Of a DNA stretch of 64,000 nucleotides, positions 12,187 through 27,100 are shown piece after piece. The stretch is taken from the NCBI GenBank assembly GCA_002633005.1, contig NMRA01000044.1, positions 945,097 to 1,009,096 on the forward strand, written 5' to 3'. Each line of letters starts with the position of its first letter. Position 1 is the first letter of the stretch. The DNA is from Phoronis australis (lineage: Eukaryota > Animalia > Phoronida). The position numbers and the translations under genes were made by a program. A model generated the notes under the pieces. It saw nothing but the letters and a program-made list of their open reading frames with translations, did not search any database and was not told the origin of the DNA.

Positions 12187-15100
12187 CTGAAATGTTACAA
12201 AGACACCAACACTTGAAGAGCTAAGCGACTAAAATTTGTTGAGAACAGTCACAATATCCCATTAGCTAAGTTAATCAACGAGCAATTTGTTCAGTTCCTG
12301 TGACATAAGAAGAGAACTTTACGAGTCAATAATTTACTGCGATTAATAAAAGAACTGTGCTAACAAGAGTGATTTGTATATGACATCAGTACAAACATAT
12401 TGGCAATAATTATGATAAAGGTCCAACAAAGTAAACATTAAATTGAGACAACTGACTTTTACAGACGTCTGGAAAGAGGCAGGAACAAAAGAGAGTTCCA
12501 TCGACAAAAAAAAATATTGCAAAGTGCGGCCACATGTTACGCTTGTAATCAATGGCAATATCTTATGAAATCTTGCACAATCAAACATTTTCACAAGCTT
12601 CTCGCATCAACAAAACAGACGCCCTGGTCGAGTGGGGTCTGGATCTCCTACTTTGCCACTTTTACAGTGCTGTAATAGAAGACTACAAAGTGCCTGCTAA
12701 GTCGCCTCAATGTCAGAGCATTATCTGGTCATAACTTTGGATTTGCAACAGCGAGGGTAGCCTTGCCAATGATGAAAACTGCTGTCTATCAAGGGGTAGA
12801 AACGATTACGCAGCCGCAACTGTAAATTCCAGTTCCGATTCCAAAAACCCCAGTCATGGACCACCTAACACCACACCCAAAGCCAAAATTCCCCTAAACT
12901 CCGCATATGCACAGAAAATACAAAATTCCAGAAATGTACTTGGATCGTTTCCATACCCTGCATACCAAATCCCTAGGTTCTACAATCCACCCAGTTCTAA
13001 TTTAAATATTCAAAAACAACAACCGACAGGCCTACTGCCGTCTTTCAACATGGAAGCTTTTAGAGAAGGAAAAGTTAAAGGTCAATTCACCTCTAGTGGG
13101 TATGTTTTGTCCGAATCATAAGCACTGAGATCTCCGCATGCAAGGAATGGTACAATGACTCGATTGGGACCTGTTAAACTGTTGAAGTCAACATCTGAAA
13201 AAAGTAAAAAATGTCAACATTAAACAAAGCGACAATGAACAATTTAGAATGCAGTGCTAGACAAATCTAAAAAATCATATGCTGTGGTATTTGTCGTTCT
13301 CTTAAACTACGGTACCTGTTCTCTATAATATACCATTTCTTGTGAATTCGTAGTCATATTTCCTAAGCTTTGGTGTGCTTACTGTAAGCACATTTTCTGT
13401 CTTGTCTACAGCACTTATACATGAATTGTTACGATGGCAGGCAAATCGTTTGAATGAAAAGGCAGATTAGCCACCTTAAGAGTACATTAAGCACTTGCCG
13501 TGACACCTATTTAATAGCATATTAACATTATGGAAAAGTGTTAATATCCTGGCCAATCAAGTGGGATCACCTTAATAGGCAAACAGAGCCTAATAGAAGT
13601 TATATCAGAAAGCAGATCTGCCGCCAGATTAGATGCAGATAGTACAAAGGGAGCACATATGTCTATCAACATTCATTTGTAAAATGTTTACAGATTTGCC
13701 TTCTGAATAGATGACCTGTGTATTATACATATGAACTGAAACACTAAAGGTTTGCCTGTACTCCACCACCGTGATTCATACTAAATTTCTTCGTGACTGC
13801 ACATATTTCAATTTTTTTAACATTACTCTAGCCAAAGATGTCACTGCACCTCAATTCCTATCTCACAGTTCATACCCCTTGTAGCTACTCTATACAAATT
13901 CAGAGAGCAAGTACTTAATATGTAAACAAACACCGTACCAATCATTCACAAAATACCTACAAGTTTGTTTTTAGAAGTAAGAACTTCTAATTGGCACCAG
14001 GAAATTTGAGTCATCTGAGTACAGAACGATTGGATAACTGCGTTACAGCAGCGTGCATTCTAAATCAAAAGTTTGTTTATATGCTAGAATGCTGTTTTAC
14101 ACAGCTTTCAGCTAAGATACGATTTGAGTGCGTCCAAGTTACACGAGTTCTACTCAACTCACCATAGCGGTGATCCAGCAGTGGGTTAGACATGTTGGGT
14201 ACATAACCGGGTGGAGGCGAGTAGTCCTGACACACAACAAATGACTCTGAAAAAGTAGCGTGAATAGACAGAAATGGTGTTGAGATGTGAGGATACATTT
14301 GATAAGCAAAATGTGACTACAAATCACTACTTACGATAAAAACCCTTCAGTTAAGGGCCCAATATGGCACACAAGAGAATTTTGTTTCGTCAAATGTCTC
14401 AGCAAAAATGAACAGTACAAAAATCTTACATGTTGTAAGCATGGCTTTTGCAATTAACTTAAAAAATTGGAAAGGGCAATTTCAGTAACTGATTTTGCAG
14501 AAATTGAAGAACTTTTGTCATATTCAAATCCTAACAGGAATTCCTCAGCTCAATTATGAGTAGCGCCATGCCGTTTGCAAGGAAATCAAATATGTCTGTC
14601 TGCAGTTAGTTGTCAGTTGAGTTTCCGCGCGAAAGGGAGTAGAACACAATAATATAGCTGGTTGTCCAGATATCTGAGGTCTGTTGCATGAAAAGTGACT
14701 TGATGGACAGAAAGTTGGTCATACACTCCTACTTCCCAATTGGTGAATAAAGTTTTAGTCAAGTTATTTCAAGCATATCACAGTTTAGAAATAATTTATG
14801 AAAATTATCTCAGCAATTAGCACTTAGGTCAATATTCTCAGAAACTTCACATTCTTGCTAAAGTGACTCTCAATTGTTTTCCAGATATAGTTGTGTGGAG
14901 TGTAACACACGGTCTTCAGTCAATTTTCATGGAACAGAACTCAGAACACAGTATGAACTTGGAGGGTTTGCAACCAAAAGTTACTTTTACACAAAGCATA
15001 GCAGTGGCGGATTTAGGGGGGGAGGACCATGCCCCCCCCCCCTAAAATTCTCCGAATACCATTTGGAAGTTTGGGGTGAGAATTGCTGAGTAGCATACAC

Positions 15101-18100
15101 ATGCACCCAGGGGGTTCGGGGGTCGAATGCTCAATGCATAAGCCTTGAACAAACCCCGTAACCTTTTTTGTCACAAGGTTCACAAACCCAAAAATTTGAG
15201 ACCCCTGGATCCCTTATTACATGAAGTTGACCTACCTATACTAGAATTCCTGCTACTCCTGGGCTTGGCTATGGTGACGAGGGGAAAGAATATTTTCAAC
15301 TGTGAGTACAACAATGTCACGTCTTTACCGCGGAAAATCTGCAAAATTAAATGACATAGAATTGCAGGAGTAATAAAAACGCTGACTTAAAGTGATCTTG
15401 CAAGAAAATCAGTTTCTGTAAAAAAAATTAGAAATACAAGAAGCGATAAACAAGTATGAAAAATGTGATCCATTATAGCTTAGGATTCACAGGTCTATGT
15501 ACACAATGCACAAAATCTACAACGAACACTGTGTCTCTGTTATCAATTTCTGCTAAACTGGTATGACTTGAGGATTTCAGTTACAAAACTATGTAGAAGA
15601 TTGTGGAAGGAGTTGATCTCTCTGTGGCCCAATCCAAAAACCTAAAATAATTCCTCATAAAACCTTACAAAAAACACACACCATGTTCATTCTAGACAAG
15701 GCTGGAACTAGTCTCAAAAGAATTTTCATTCTGATGTTAAGGAATTCCTTAAACGAGATCCTAGACAAATGTCCAAATTTGACTAAGTTCAGAGCATCAT
15801 ATCACAAAAATGGCTGACCAGATTCGTATGAAACTTTATGACTGTGCTTTAAGCATAGTTCTCCAAAATGCTTTTACAAATTGTTTTTAAATTGAATCGC
15901 ATTTGCTTGAGGGGCTATCAAAAACTGGGCATTTATAATTTCGATTTCATCTTAAACATTTCCATCAAACTAATTTTGGTTACATTCTTGATACTGTTGT
16001 TTTGCTATCATGATCATAGTACTTTTCATTTTTTGATAAAACTTGTGTTTGTATCGATCAATAAATGCCTGCAATTCGAGATCAGCCAATCAACATATTA
16101 CCAGACAGTGTTTGAGGGTGTTCTAATTTGACAACTGCTCGACTGGTGGGTTTTTTTTTTTTTTTTTGGTATAAAATTGGCCATATTAAGCCATTAAAGC
16201 ACTTTTTACCACGTTCAGAAAGTTACACACAACCAATTTTTTGGCTGTGTAGGACCTTACTGGCAAGCAGCAACGACTGCTTCCCAGGGTTTACATGCTG
16301 CATAACAACACTGTATTCCATATATACAAGAATCTTGTAAAAACCCCGAGTCACGCAAGTCTTCATGAGATATTGCCATGTACCAACAGCAAAGCTCAAG
16401 ATCACACTACTAGTAGCTTATCTTGTGAGTGTCTTGCATCTACGGAACATAATCTATTAGTTCATTATTTCTAACAGTACGGAAAGTGTCAAACAATAAG
16501 TCTGTGTTTATTGTTTTCATTTACGGAGTCAAGAGACTAAAAAAGAGATGGCGACAATATACAACAAATTTGGAAATGTCGATTTCCCTTGCTTGACTGT
16601 TGTATAGAACGAAATTAACGTGAATCTCAGAATTACAAACTTCCTACAAAACCAACAGCTAGATAGCAGCTCCTAAACATGCTATCTTCTGCCATGTCTT
16701 AGAGGCATGACGAAGTGCTGCATTCCCCTGCTATGAAACACAGGTCTAAAAATCAAGGGGAGGTCCTCAAGCCAATTACGCGTATTTAAAAACAAAATTT
16801 TAGCAACATCGTGTAGACCTTTTGCCCGCATCACCACTTTGGGAAAATAACCACGGAATCTTTTGTTACTTCAAATGCAAGAATTAACTTAGAAATTGGG
16901 CAGAATAAAAACCATGCACTGCTTGTAATTTCTACATCAAGACAAGTGAATTGCGTGCATTTTGGGAGCTTATGTTAGCATTCATGGAAATATGTGTGGT
17001 GCTTTCAAGAACCAAGACTTGATTGTAATAGCAGGCATGTAACCAAACACGAGCTCTTAAAAGTGAATACTACAAAATTGGGGTTTAGCTGAATGTGGGA
17101 TTTAATGCAGACGAGTATGGTAATTGTATCTTTCAAGGCATTTTAGAAATCTAGAATTTCGTCCTAACGTCCTTCAACTCTGAATGTCTCAAATTACCAT
17201 TGCACAGCTATAAGTTCTAAAATGCAGGACCTTATTGACAAGTCTATACATTTAGCTAAAAATCTAAAAAACTAACAGAATTTAACTCAAAAACAGTATT
17301 TATTTCTGAAAGCAGAAATTATGCATAATTTATACCAATCTGTCATTAATACGCTCAAGTGACCATGCTTTTTGGTAAAGTTTAGAAATTAAAAAGAAAG
17401 ATACAGGATCAGTAACATGACCAAATTTTGCCTGATATAAATGTTCAAGATAAAAAATTGAAAATGCTGTAGTTAGTTTTCCAAATTATTGTTTTGTTTT
17501 CGCTTCATGCACCCCTAAAGTTTTTTGATAAAAACCATACATCCCGTTTTCTGATAGCCCCTCATGCAAAAGTGGGACATGTTAAAACCAATTGCTAACA
17601 GTGTGTTGCAGAACAGTGCATAAAGCATAATATCTAAAAGTTTCATGCGAGTCTGTTCAGCCACATCGGAGATATGACATTACGAAGTTGGCCAAAACTG
17701 AATATTTTTCTAGGTTCCTACATAATCTTAGGTGAACTGCCAGGGTTTCTCAGGTTACAAATTTCCCTTTTGCCCTTATTACATTCAGTATAAGGAAACT
17801 GTTGCTTCAACATTTCTGGAAACAGACAACCTTCCCGGTAATACAATCTCCACCAGTTTCGGTTCTTGTACTATAAAAAGCACTTTATGATAACTGACGA
17901 CTCATAGACAACCATCAATGATTTATCATCCAAGGAAATGCCGTCACTCACTACAGTCACTCTGATTGTAGTTTGCTATGAAAAATTTTTGATCTCAGGC
18001 AAATCGTATATGATATAAATGGCTCCGCCTTCAGTCATTTTGGGGTCTGCAAATCAACATGACCTCAGTGAAAGTCACGATAAACACCAAAGAGGCCATG

Positions 18101-21100
18101 GTTGCAACCACATCTGCTTTTGGTACACTAAAGTCTTTACGAATTGGTCAACGACCCAAAATCAATTGATCAATAACCAATTTGAACTAATCAAAGGAAT
18201 TGATCAGCTATATATGAATCCACCAATATTAACACTTTAAAGCATTTTAAAGGGTACTAGCAATGTACCAGAAAATACTCCGAAATATGAGTACCAGAAA
18301 CTGATTTTACTTGGAAATTGAGAATTTTTTTATTCCACGAATTTTAAAGCTGTTTTACAAGGCATGCCACAGTTGGATGTTGCGTCTAGCTGGACATAAA
18401 TTAACAGATCAGTCGCCGAGTTTTCTACAGTGCACAAATAATGCATTAAACAATGAAGAAGAGCTCATTCTGTGAACACAAATTTAAAGCTGTATGCGAG
18501 TCGGTCATAGTATCCATAATTAGTTTATGTGGCATTTTCCTAACTTCCTACCCTGCAAAACAAACTTTGAGTTGGCCCAAACCTTTTCCCAGGTGTTTGT
18601 ATAAATTTCAAAATGTTTTTGGGCCACCACGTATAAACTCAAGTTACCAAAACTGATCATTCAAAAGTTTCCTGCATTATTGACGACCTACCTTGGCAAC
18701 AAACGTTCCTCCAGGCTTCAGCACATGTGTAGTGATGTTCAGCGCCTAATAACAACAAAGCAATACAATCCAGTAACAAGTGCGGATGAAAGAACTAGAA
18801 ACCATTCTTCGGTGATTTCATGAACAACAGCCATATCAGCTCAGCATCACTTAAGTTCCTACAGAATATATGTCCAAGCGCATTTACACCAAATAAGTAA
18901 TGACTTTTCACAGAATAGCATTTTCACGCTCCTAACTGCTCACTAATTTCTCTGTCATTACTGGTCATGACAGATACCTGCCAGGACCATGAATTTCTCG
19001 GTGGTGTTTTTATTGTTTGTCCAACTATTCCAATTCGGTCAACAATATGTGGGCTTCACCCACTCGAGAAGTCAACTAATGAAATTATTGCATGTTTTTG
19101 AGCTGAGGACCATCACATCTGTACTTCTTCTCCATTCACAACTTAAAAGTGAAATCAAGAACTTGTTACCTTCAAAGAAGCCTATCAAACAGACATTTTC
19201 CTATAATACAACATGTTGAAACAAACTACGTAGCTAGATAGCGGTAATTGAAAGCATCAGCCTAGTCCCCAAGCCTCAAGATGGCACTGAATGGTTTAGC
19301 CATTTGAGGGTTGGTGAGGAGAAATCTACTTACCCGATTTCTGACATTTTTATGGAATTTGCCAGAATATCACGAGAAATAAAAGGTTATATCAACTTTA
19401 AAATTTGCTGCAGTATAACACAAAATCAAAACTAGCAGTGTATATATGTGTGGAGACTTGCTCTGTTACATATGCAGCAATTTAGGTCTACATTATGACA
19501 AAAATGGTGTATTTTGATTCAAAAAACAGAATAACTTCTATGGTGCCATCAATATAACAGAATCCAAAATAAGTACGCGAACAACTTTTATTTCAAACAA
19601 TAAACCTAAAAGAATGTCTTTGCTTCAAAATCACAAATGGCAGCAACAACGCCTGTGAAAATAACTAAAATCTGCCCTTGAAAAATGTTTAATTTCTGGA
19701 AAATTTCTCAAATTTATCACATCAAAGAAGTATGGACAAGAATTCTAAAGAACTGTTACTTAAGTATTCAGACATTCACGTGTCTGAAGGTTTCTCGTGT
19801 CGGTCTTGTTAGCAGTGAATGTCAATCAGCGCAGAAGAGATATCTCCTCACCAAACCTAAAAATGGCTAAACCAATCAGCTCCACCTTCAGGAGTGGAGA
19901 TGATCCTGTTGAGAGTATTTAAATGGCAACATTCAGTGCCACCTACAGTTCACTTGTATTTTGAATAGAGATTTAATACAATATGGTTTCTCAGCTTTTT
20001 TGTAAATCACCATACTCTGAAACTGCCATTGCAATGTGATTAAGACATTTGAATGATTCATGCCAAAAAGTATGACAGCACAAAATGTCTGTGAACAAAA
20101 GAAATTGGGTTTTGTCTCAGTCAAGTCTACTGCTCTTTTACCCCAGAATCTGAAATCAAGTCAAGCAACAATCCCTTTTGTGTCCTCACAATTCTTAAGC
20201 ACAGTCAGACATTTGCAGTAATGGAATTGATGGTTTTCACCTCAATGTTTACAAAAGAATATTCTGAAATTTCGCAATTGTACAACAAAATTAATTTTTT
20301 TCTATATGGATGTCAAGAACTCAAAACCCAAATGAAAATAAGGTTTTATTCGAAATAGTATCAGAATTTCTTTATAACATTAAATCTCTTTGTGTGAGTG
20401 GATAGAAATGTATACAATGTGTATGAAAATGAATTATTTACATTCGTAATCATACATCATTGTAATCTTAATATCAGGTTTTTTTTTAATTTGTGTATTC
20501 GTGTATAATAATTGTATATAGACTTCTTTGTATTTTTTACCCAGATTTAATGCCTCTTGGCGCTTTCTGGGTTATGCATATTCATTGTATTCTGAAGATT
20601 TCGTAATAAACATTTAATTAAAAAAAACCCTACTGTTGGAATTGACAGATCACATCAAGACTTAATTGACGGGATCAGCCATATAGATTATCTGGTGTTT
20701 GACTCATCATTTCCTGGAAATCCTTTGTGGCAACGGAAATTAATCGTGATAAGGAAAGTGTCCTAGTTTTAATTTAAATTTTCCCCGTGAACAGAAGTCC
20801 ATTGTAAGGTTATGTAGGACTTCCTCACCAAGTCCGTGCATTCAGCAAAGTACCTACAAAAGGTTTGAATTTAACTCTAGCAAGTAAAAGTATTCATAAA
20901 CAGACATTTTAGAAGCTGGACATTTTTGTGTGAAATGTTTAAATATATCCTATAGCACAGCAGTGGGAACATGACGGCACAATGATCCTAAAGAATTAAT
21001 AAAAACTGCTCACAGGAAATATCCCACTCTATTAAATCCATGCAAAGATATGGAACATCATATACCAACAGCATTATAAGCACATTTCATCATGTCACTG

Positions 21101-24100
21101 CTATACTAGATCTTTGTTATCTATTTTTTAATGCATTTTACCGTCGTACAACTTCAGTGTTTTATCAAATGTGAATGTTTTGTTACTCACAGCAAGCAGT
21201 AGTTGAGCTTGAATGTACTCATCGATGTCGTGAAGGCCAGTAACTGGAGATAGAATGAGTCAACGTAATTACGAAGACATCAGGATTTCTAAGCACTACT
21301 GAGCAAATGCCCGTCTCGTGTATCAATATTTCCACAGTATTTGTTCCCTCCGTAACATGAACAAAATCTCCAATTTGTTGGTCTGGTTGATTTTATAATT
21401 TTTGTGCTCTGATGATGAAGATACAACAGTCTCCCTCTCTGTAGAATTTCCTGGAAATGACTTCCGCAGAATTTAATGTACGTAATAAAGGGGACAAATA
21501 AAGTGGAATGACTTACTAATAGATAGGTAGATTAACTTACATTTTTCAAATGAACAGCGCATAATGCAGAAATTTAAAGTTCAATTTTTAATTGATGGCA
21601 ATGCACTAAATGACACAAAGTTCATCTATGAAAAAGTCACAAAATTTGAGATTAAGAATTCCATATTCTAAGCAAATGGAAACGAAAGAAGAGTATCTCA
21701 AATCACTATGAGTCTCACCATCAGGCGCCCCATCACAAACTACAAGATCTGCATGATCTCCTTCAAAGTAACTAATGATTTGGTGAGCTGTTGACACCTG
21801 GAAAACAGAAACAATGCCACCTGAAAATCATTTCATTTTACTCTAGCCAGCACCTATGAAAATCAAACGCACGTAACAATACCATCGGCATTCCCACTAG
21901 AAGAGTTTTTTCTGCTGAATGCATTTTTTTTCCACCCAAGCAACATTGTCTTTCTGTTCTGTTGAGAACACATTATACTCTCATCGACCACAGGAGCTTT
22001 ACTTGAGGAACGAATGACCAGCATATGCTAGTTACAATGGGTCATAGTTCGATGTCAAACTTGACATTTTCTCATTTTTTGTATTTGAAAGGTGCTCTTG
22101 TTGCAGGACCATCTTCAGACCAACTTTAGACCATGAAATGTCACCCTGAATCACCGTTACATCTGGTAATGAACCATAACCAAACTGACCTTTCTATGAC
22201 TCTTGGTATGGGACTGTCTTGAGATCGATTTTACAGGGACTCATTCAAGTTGTGTCACCCAGAATCTCCATTACTTATGGCAAGGGACCATCTTCAGACC
22301 AATCTTTACATGGACTGAGTTAGTTGTCACATTGAATCTACATTAATCATGGTATAGGGCTGTTGTAAGACTAACTAGTCTTTTACATAGACTCACCTTT
22401 GTAATGTCCCCCTGAATCTGTATTACCCCAGGTATGGGGGCCATTGCCTGAAGATCCACAGCCACTATTTTTGCTTGAGGGTTAACATCGTCCTTCTCAC
22501 CTCTGAAACCCATGCTACCCTTAATTTCCATGACAACACAACAGTCATATAAACAAGCTTCACAAGCGCCTCAGCAATATCTAAGTACAATCCGTGATTT
22601 GTGACACAGATAATACGATTTCAGTAATTTCCTCAGAATTTAAGCTGCGAGAAAACCTGGTTATGCTCAATCAATTGTCATAGTCACAATATTTCGAACG
22701 CAACACTGCGTTTTTCATAGAGCAAAAATGTTCACAATTTTTCATAATTATGCAGACTTAACAATTGAACATCATGAACTAACTGTGAGTGACAACCATC
22801 TTATCAAAGATTAGACTTGCAACCTTTGATAAAATGGGCCCCTGGAGCTCAACTAAACACAGGCACATGTTGTTGAAACCATCACGGCATGAGTGCGATT
22901 GAATACAATCTTGAGTTTTAAGACCAGCAGCACAATGAGCACCTGATTGTTCTCTAATAGTTGTTATGACATGGAACCAATTTCATTGAAGACGTTCTTT
23001 CAGAGAAAATGAAAGAATTTTTGCAGTTGGTTAAGTTCAAACCCTATCATAGTATAAAACGATTTTCAATTTGAGAAATGTGCCATAGCAAAATTACATT
23101 TTTTTCTACAATTTTTGTAAAAAGGCTGCATGGAACCGAAAACTTCAATGACCAAAATAGTACAAACAACTGTAGTTTGTGACTACTGCCTTAAGTTAGC
23201 TTTTGCATTGGTTTACAGTTGCACCAAAATTGAAAACTAACAATAAAGTTTCAACCAACCTAGACTGTATGATATTTAAAAACTTTTCATTTTGTTGGGA
23301 AATACCAATGCCTAGTCTGATTATTTCAGAAGTTCTTTATACAAAATGACCTCTGTGATCACACTGAACTCAAACACAGACATTATGGGCAGGCACTGAG
23401 AAATTTTAAGGGGCTCGTTATCAACCCAAGTAATAAACATACACTTCAGTCAGTGAGGCCTTGCTATGCATTACTAAAGATGACTTTTACTACACAAATG
23501 GGATGAGTTACCGGTTTATTAAGTCTGAACAAGACAAAGATCTTTACTTCGGGAAACAGGCGTATTTTGATAGCATATTTTAAAGGGCGGACAATTGCCA
23601 CACAAATGAAAAAGTTCGTATTAAGTCGACGTCGAATTAACATGCGGCGATTTCCCACTTTTCAATTCTATTATGGCCAAAAACTGATGTAAGAAATAAA
23701 TTCAAAGGCCTAAAGCTTAATCTGCTCACGACCATCAGTTCCAAAAACACTTCAATGTGTGCAACATGCACAGACAAGTTATTCGAGGACTCCTGTCATA
23801 AGGAATTGAATGTACAACTACTCGATTGGATACTTAATGCGGTTCCACTACCACTGAAGAAAAAGACGAAGTGCAAAAAGTTGTTCCAAATATATATACT
23901 GACGCACCTTATTTTTCGAGACAATACCTGACTCCAACTTCCAGGTGCCGCGCACAAATCAACAACTTTGTTGACACCTGAAAATTCAAGTGTTATAATA
24001 AATTAGATTGTTGGAAAAACGTTCTTCAATCAATACTATTGTAATGACATGATCATTTTATTAACTGTGATACCTGTAATCACTGCCTGACAACATATTA

Positions 24101-27100
24101 ACACAAACCAATATAAAAGCGCTTCATTCTCTAGGCAAACCAAAGAATCCACACCAGCAAGCATGTTTTATGGGGTGCCACAAGTACTTGTTCTTCCGAA
24201 ATTGTGGTTGGCTCCCCACTGCCATATCCTACATCCGACAAAAGGACAAAACTGGTCCTCAAAATCATGGACCTCATATTATAGCAATTTTGGGCAATAG
24301 TCCGTTAGTTCAAGCAACATTTAAGTGGTAATCAAAATCAAAAGATGGTTTAGTCATGGTGTATATGCATTTTCCAAAAAGCTTCAGGCATACGATAGTG
24401 CCGTACGAGCGTACTGTTTTAAAAACAACGACACACTTTTCATTGTTACAAAAGGTGGAGAAAATGACATTTGTTGCATTGTTTTTAACTTAAATGGCTG
24501 TAACGGGCAAGGTGTCGGTTTACTCCCACATTTTGCATGCACCCCATTCAGCAGTCTTTAACTCTACATGTTGATCAGGTTTCATGGCGAGGTAACGAGA
24601 AAAACTACCCTAGCTGTGTGCAAATTCGGGGTCTATGGAAGATTAACACACAGCAGTACCTAGCTGCATTTTGACGATAGTCTTCATACAGCTAGCTGGC
24701 TGATTGTGCGTGAACTTGGAATCTTGCTTAATCTGAAGATCGCGTATGAACTTGCTGGGAATGTACCAAAGGAAACTTGCCCAAGTTCACTCAAATAATC
24801 ACGTTCACGTCGATAAAAATTGCACTGCACTAAATCAAATTACATGTTAATAAAATAACATATATTTTAACCAGTCTTTTTTGGCGATTTTATTCATCAA
24901 ACAATATAGTCCGGTTACCTATTTTCGTCAGGCTCCAAAGTTCGTCCGCCATCTTGTTTCGCGTGCAGCGCAACCACGCGGGACTTAGCGTTCCAATTTG
25001 GAGTGCTCGTGTGCACGTTAGGTACTAACTTATCGGAAGAGACACGTATCAAAGTAATGAGACAAAAATCGGTGAGTTTACCGATTGTTTTTTAAAACCA
25101 CTTAAAAATCAGTAGATTTTACTAATACACTTTTTTGTGCGTTTTCAGAAGATGTTTTCGAATTTAAATTTTCTTCCGACGGGACACAAAACATGATCCA
25201 NCTCAGAACTATCTAAGTACAATCCGTGATTTGTGACACAGGTAATACGATTTCAGTAATTTCCTCAGAATTTAAGCTGCGAGAAAACATGGTTATGCTT
25301 AATCAATTGTCATAGTCACAATATTTCGAACGCAACACTGGGTTTTTCATAGAGCAAAAATGTTAAGTTCACAATTTTTCATAATTATGCAGACTGAACA
25401 ATTGAACATCATGAACTAACTGTGAGTGACAACCATCTTATCAAAGATTAGACTTGCAACCTTTGATAAAATGAGCCCCCGGAGCTCAACTAAACACAGG
25501 CACATGTTGTTGAAACCATCACAGCATGAGTGTGATTGAATACAATCTTGAGTTTTAAGACCAGCAGCACAATGAGCACCTGCTTGTTCTCTAATAGTTG
25601 TTATGACATGGAACCAATTTCATTGAAGACGTTCTTTCAGAGAAACTGAAAGAATTTTTGCAGTTGGTTAAGTTCAAACCCTATCATAGTATAAAAAAGA
25701 TTTTCAATTTGAGAAATGTGCCATTGCAAATTGATATTTTTTATACAATTTTTGTAAAAAGGCTGTATGGAACCGAAAACTTTGATGACCAAAATAGTAC
25801 AAACAACTGTAGTTTGTGACTACTGCCTTAAGTTAGCGTTTTACATTGGTTTACAGTTGCACCAAAATTGAAAACTAACAATAACCAATAAAATTTCAAC
25901 CAACCTAAACTGTATGATATTTAAAAACTTTTCACTTTGTTGGGAAATGCCAATGCCTAGCCTGTCTATTTCAGAGGTTCTTTATACAAAATGACCTCTG
26001 TGATCAGACTGACCTCAAACACAGACATTATGGGCAGGCACTGAGAAATTTTAAGGGGCTCGTTATCAGCTCAAGTAATGAACATACACTTCAGTCAGTG
26101 AGGCCTTGCTATGCATAACTAAAAATGACTTTTACTACACAAATTGGATGAGTTACCAGTTTATTAAGTCTGAACAAGACAAAGATCTCTACTTCAGGAA
26201 ACAGGCGTATTTTGATAGCATATTTTCAAGGGCGGACAATTGCCACACAAATGAAAAAGTTCGTATTAAGTCGACGTCGAATTAACATGCGGCGATTTCA
26301 CACTTTTCAATTCTATTATGGCCAAAAACTGATGTAAGAAATAAATTCAAAGGCCTAAAGCTTAATCTGCTCACGACCATCAGTTCCAAAAAACACTTCA
26401 ATGTGTGCAACATGCACGGACAAGTTATTCGAGGACTCCTGTCATAAGGAATTGAATGCACATCTACTCGATTGGGTACTCAATGTGGTTCCACAACCAC
26501 TGAAGAAAAAGACGAAGTGCAAAAAGTTGTTCCAAATATATATACTGACGCACCTTATTTTTCGAGACAATACCTGACTCCAACTTCCAGGTGCCGCGCA
26601 CAGATCAACAACTTTGTTGACACCTGAAAATTCAAGTGTTATAATAAATTAGATTGTTGGAAAAACGTTCTTCAATAAATACTATTGTAATGACACAATC
26701 ATTTTATTAACTGCGATACCTGTAATCACTGCCTGACAACATATTAACACAAATCAATATAAAAGACCTTCATTCTCTAGGCAAACCAAAGAGTCCACAC
26801 CAACAAGCATGTTTTATGGGGTGCCACAAGTACTTGTTCTTCCGAAATTGTGGTTGGCTCCCCACTGCCATATCCTACATCCGACAAGAGGACAAAACTG
26901 GTCCTCAAAATCATGGACCTCATATTATAGCAATTTTGGGCAATAGTCCATTAGTTCAAGCAACATTTAAGTGGTAATCAAAATCAAAAGATGGTTTAGT
27001 CATGGTGTATATGCATTTTCCAAAAAGCTTCAGGCATACGATAGTGCCGTACGAGCGTACTGTTTTAAAAACGACGACACACTTTTCATTGTTACAAAAG

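Noticed and set aside
23908-26623. Mutually exclusive alternative exon 2 in FTSJ1
   Set aside because: The peptide is identical, the intronic flanks are near-identical and an N join sits at the boundary, all pointing to an allelic assembly duplicate.
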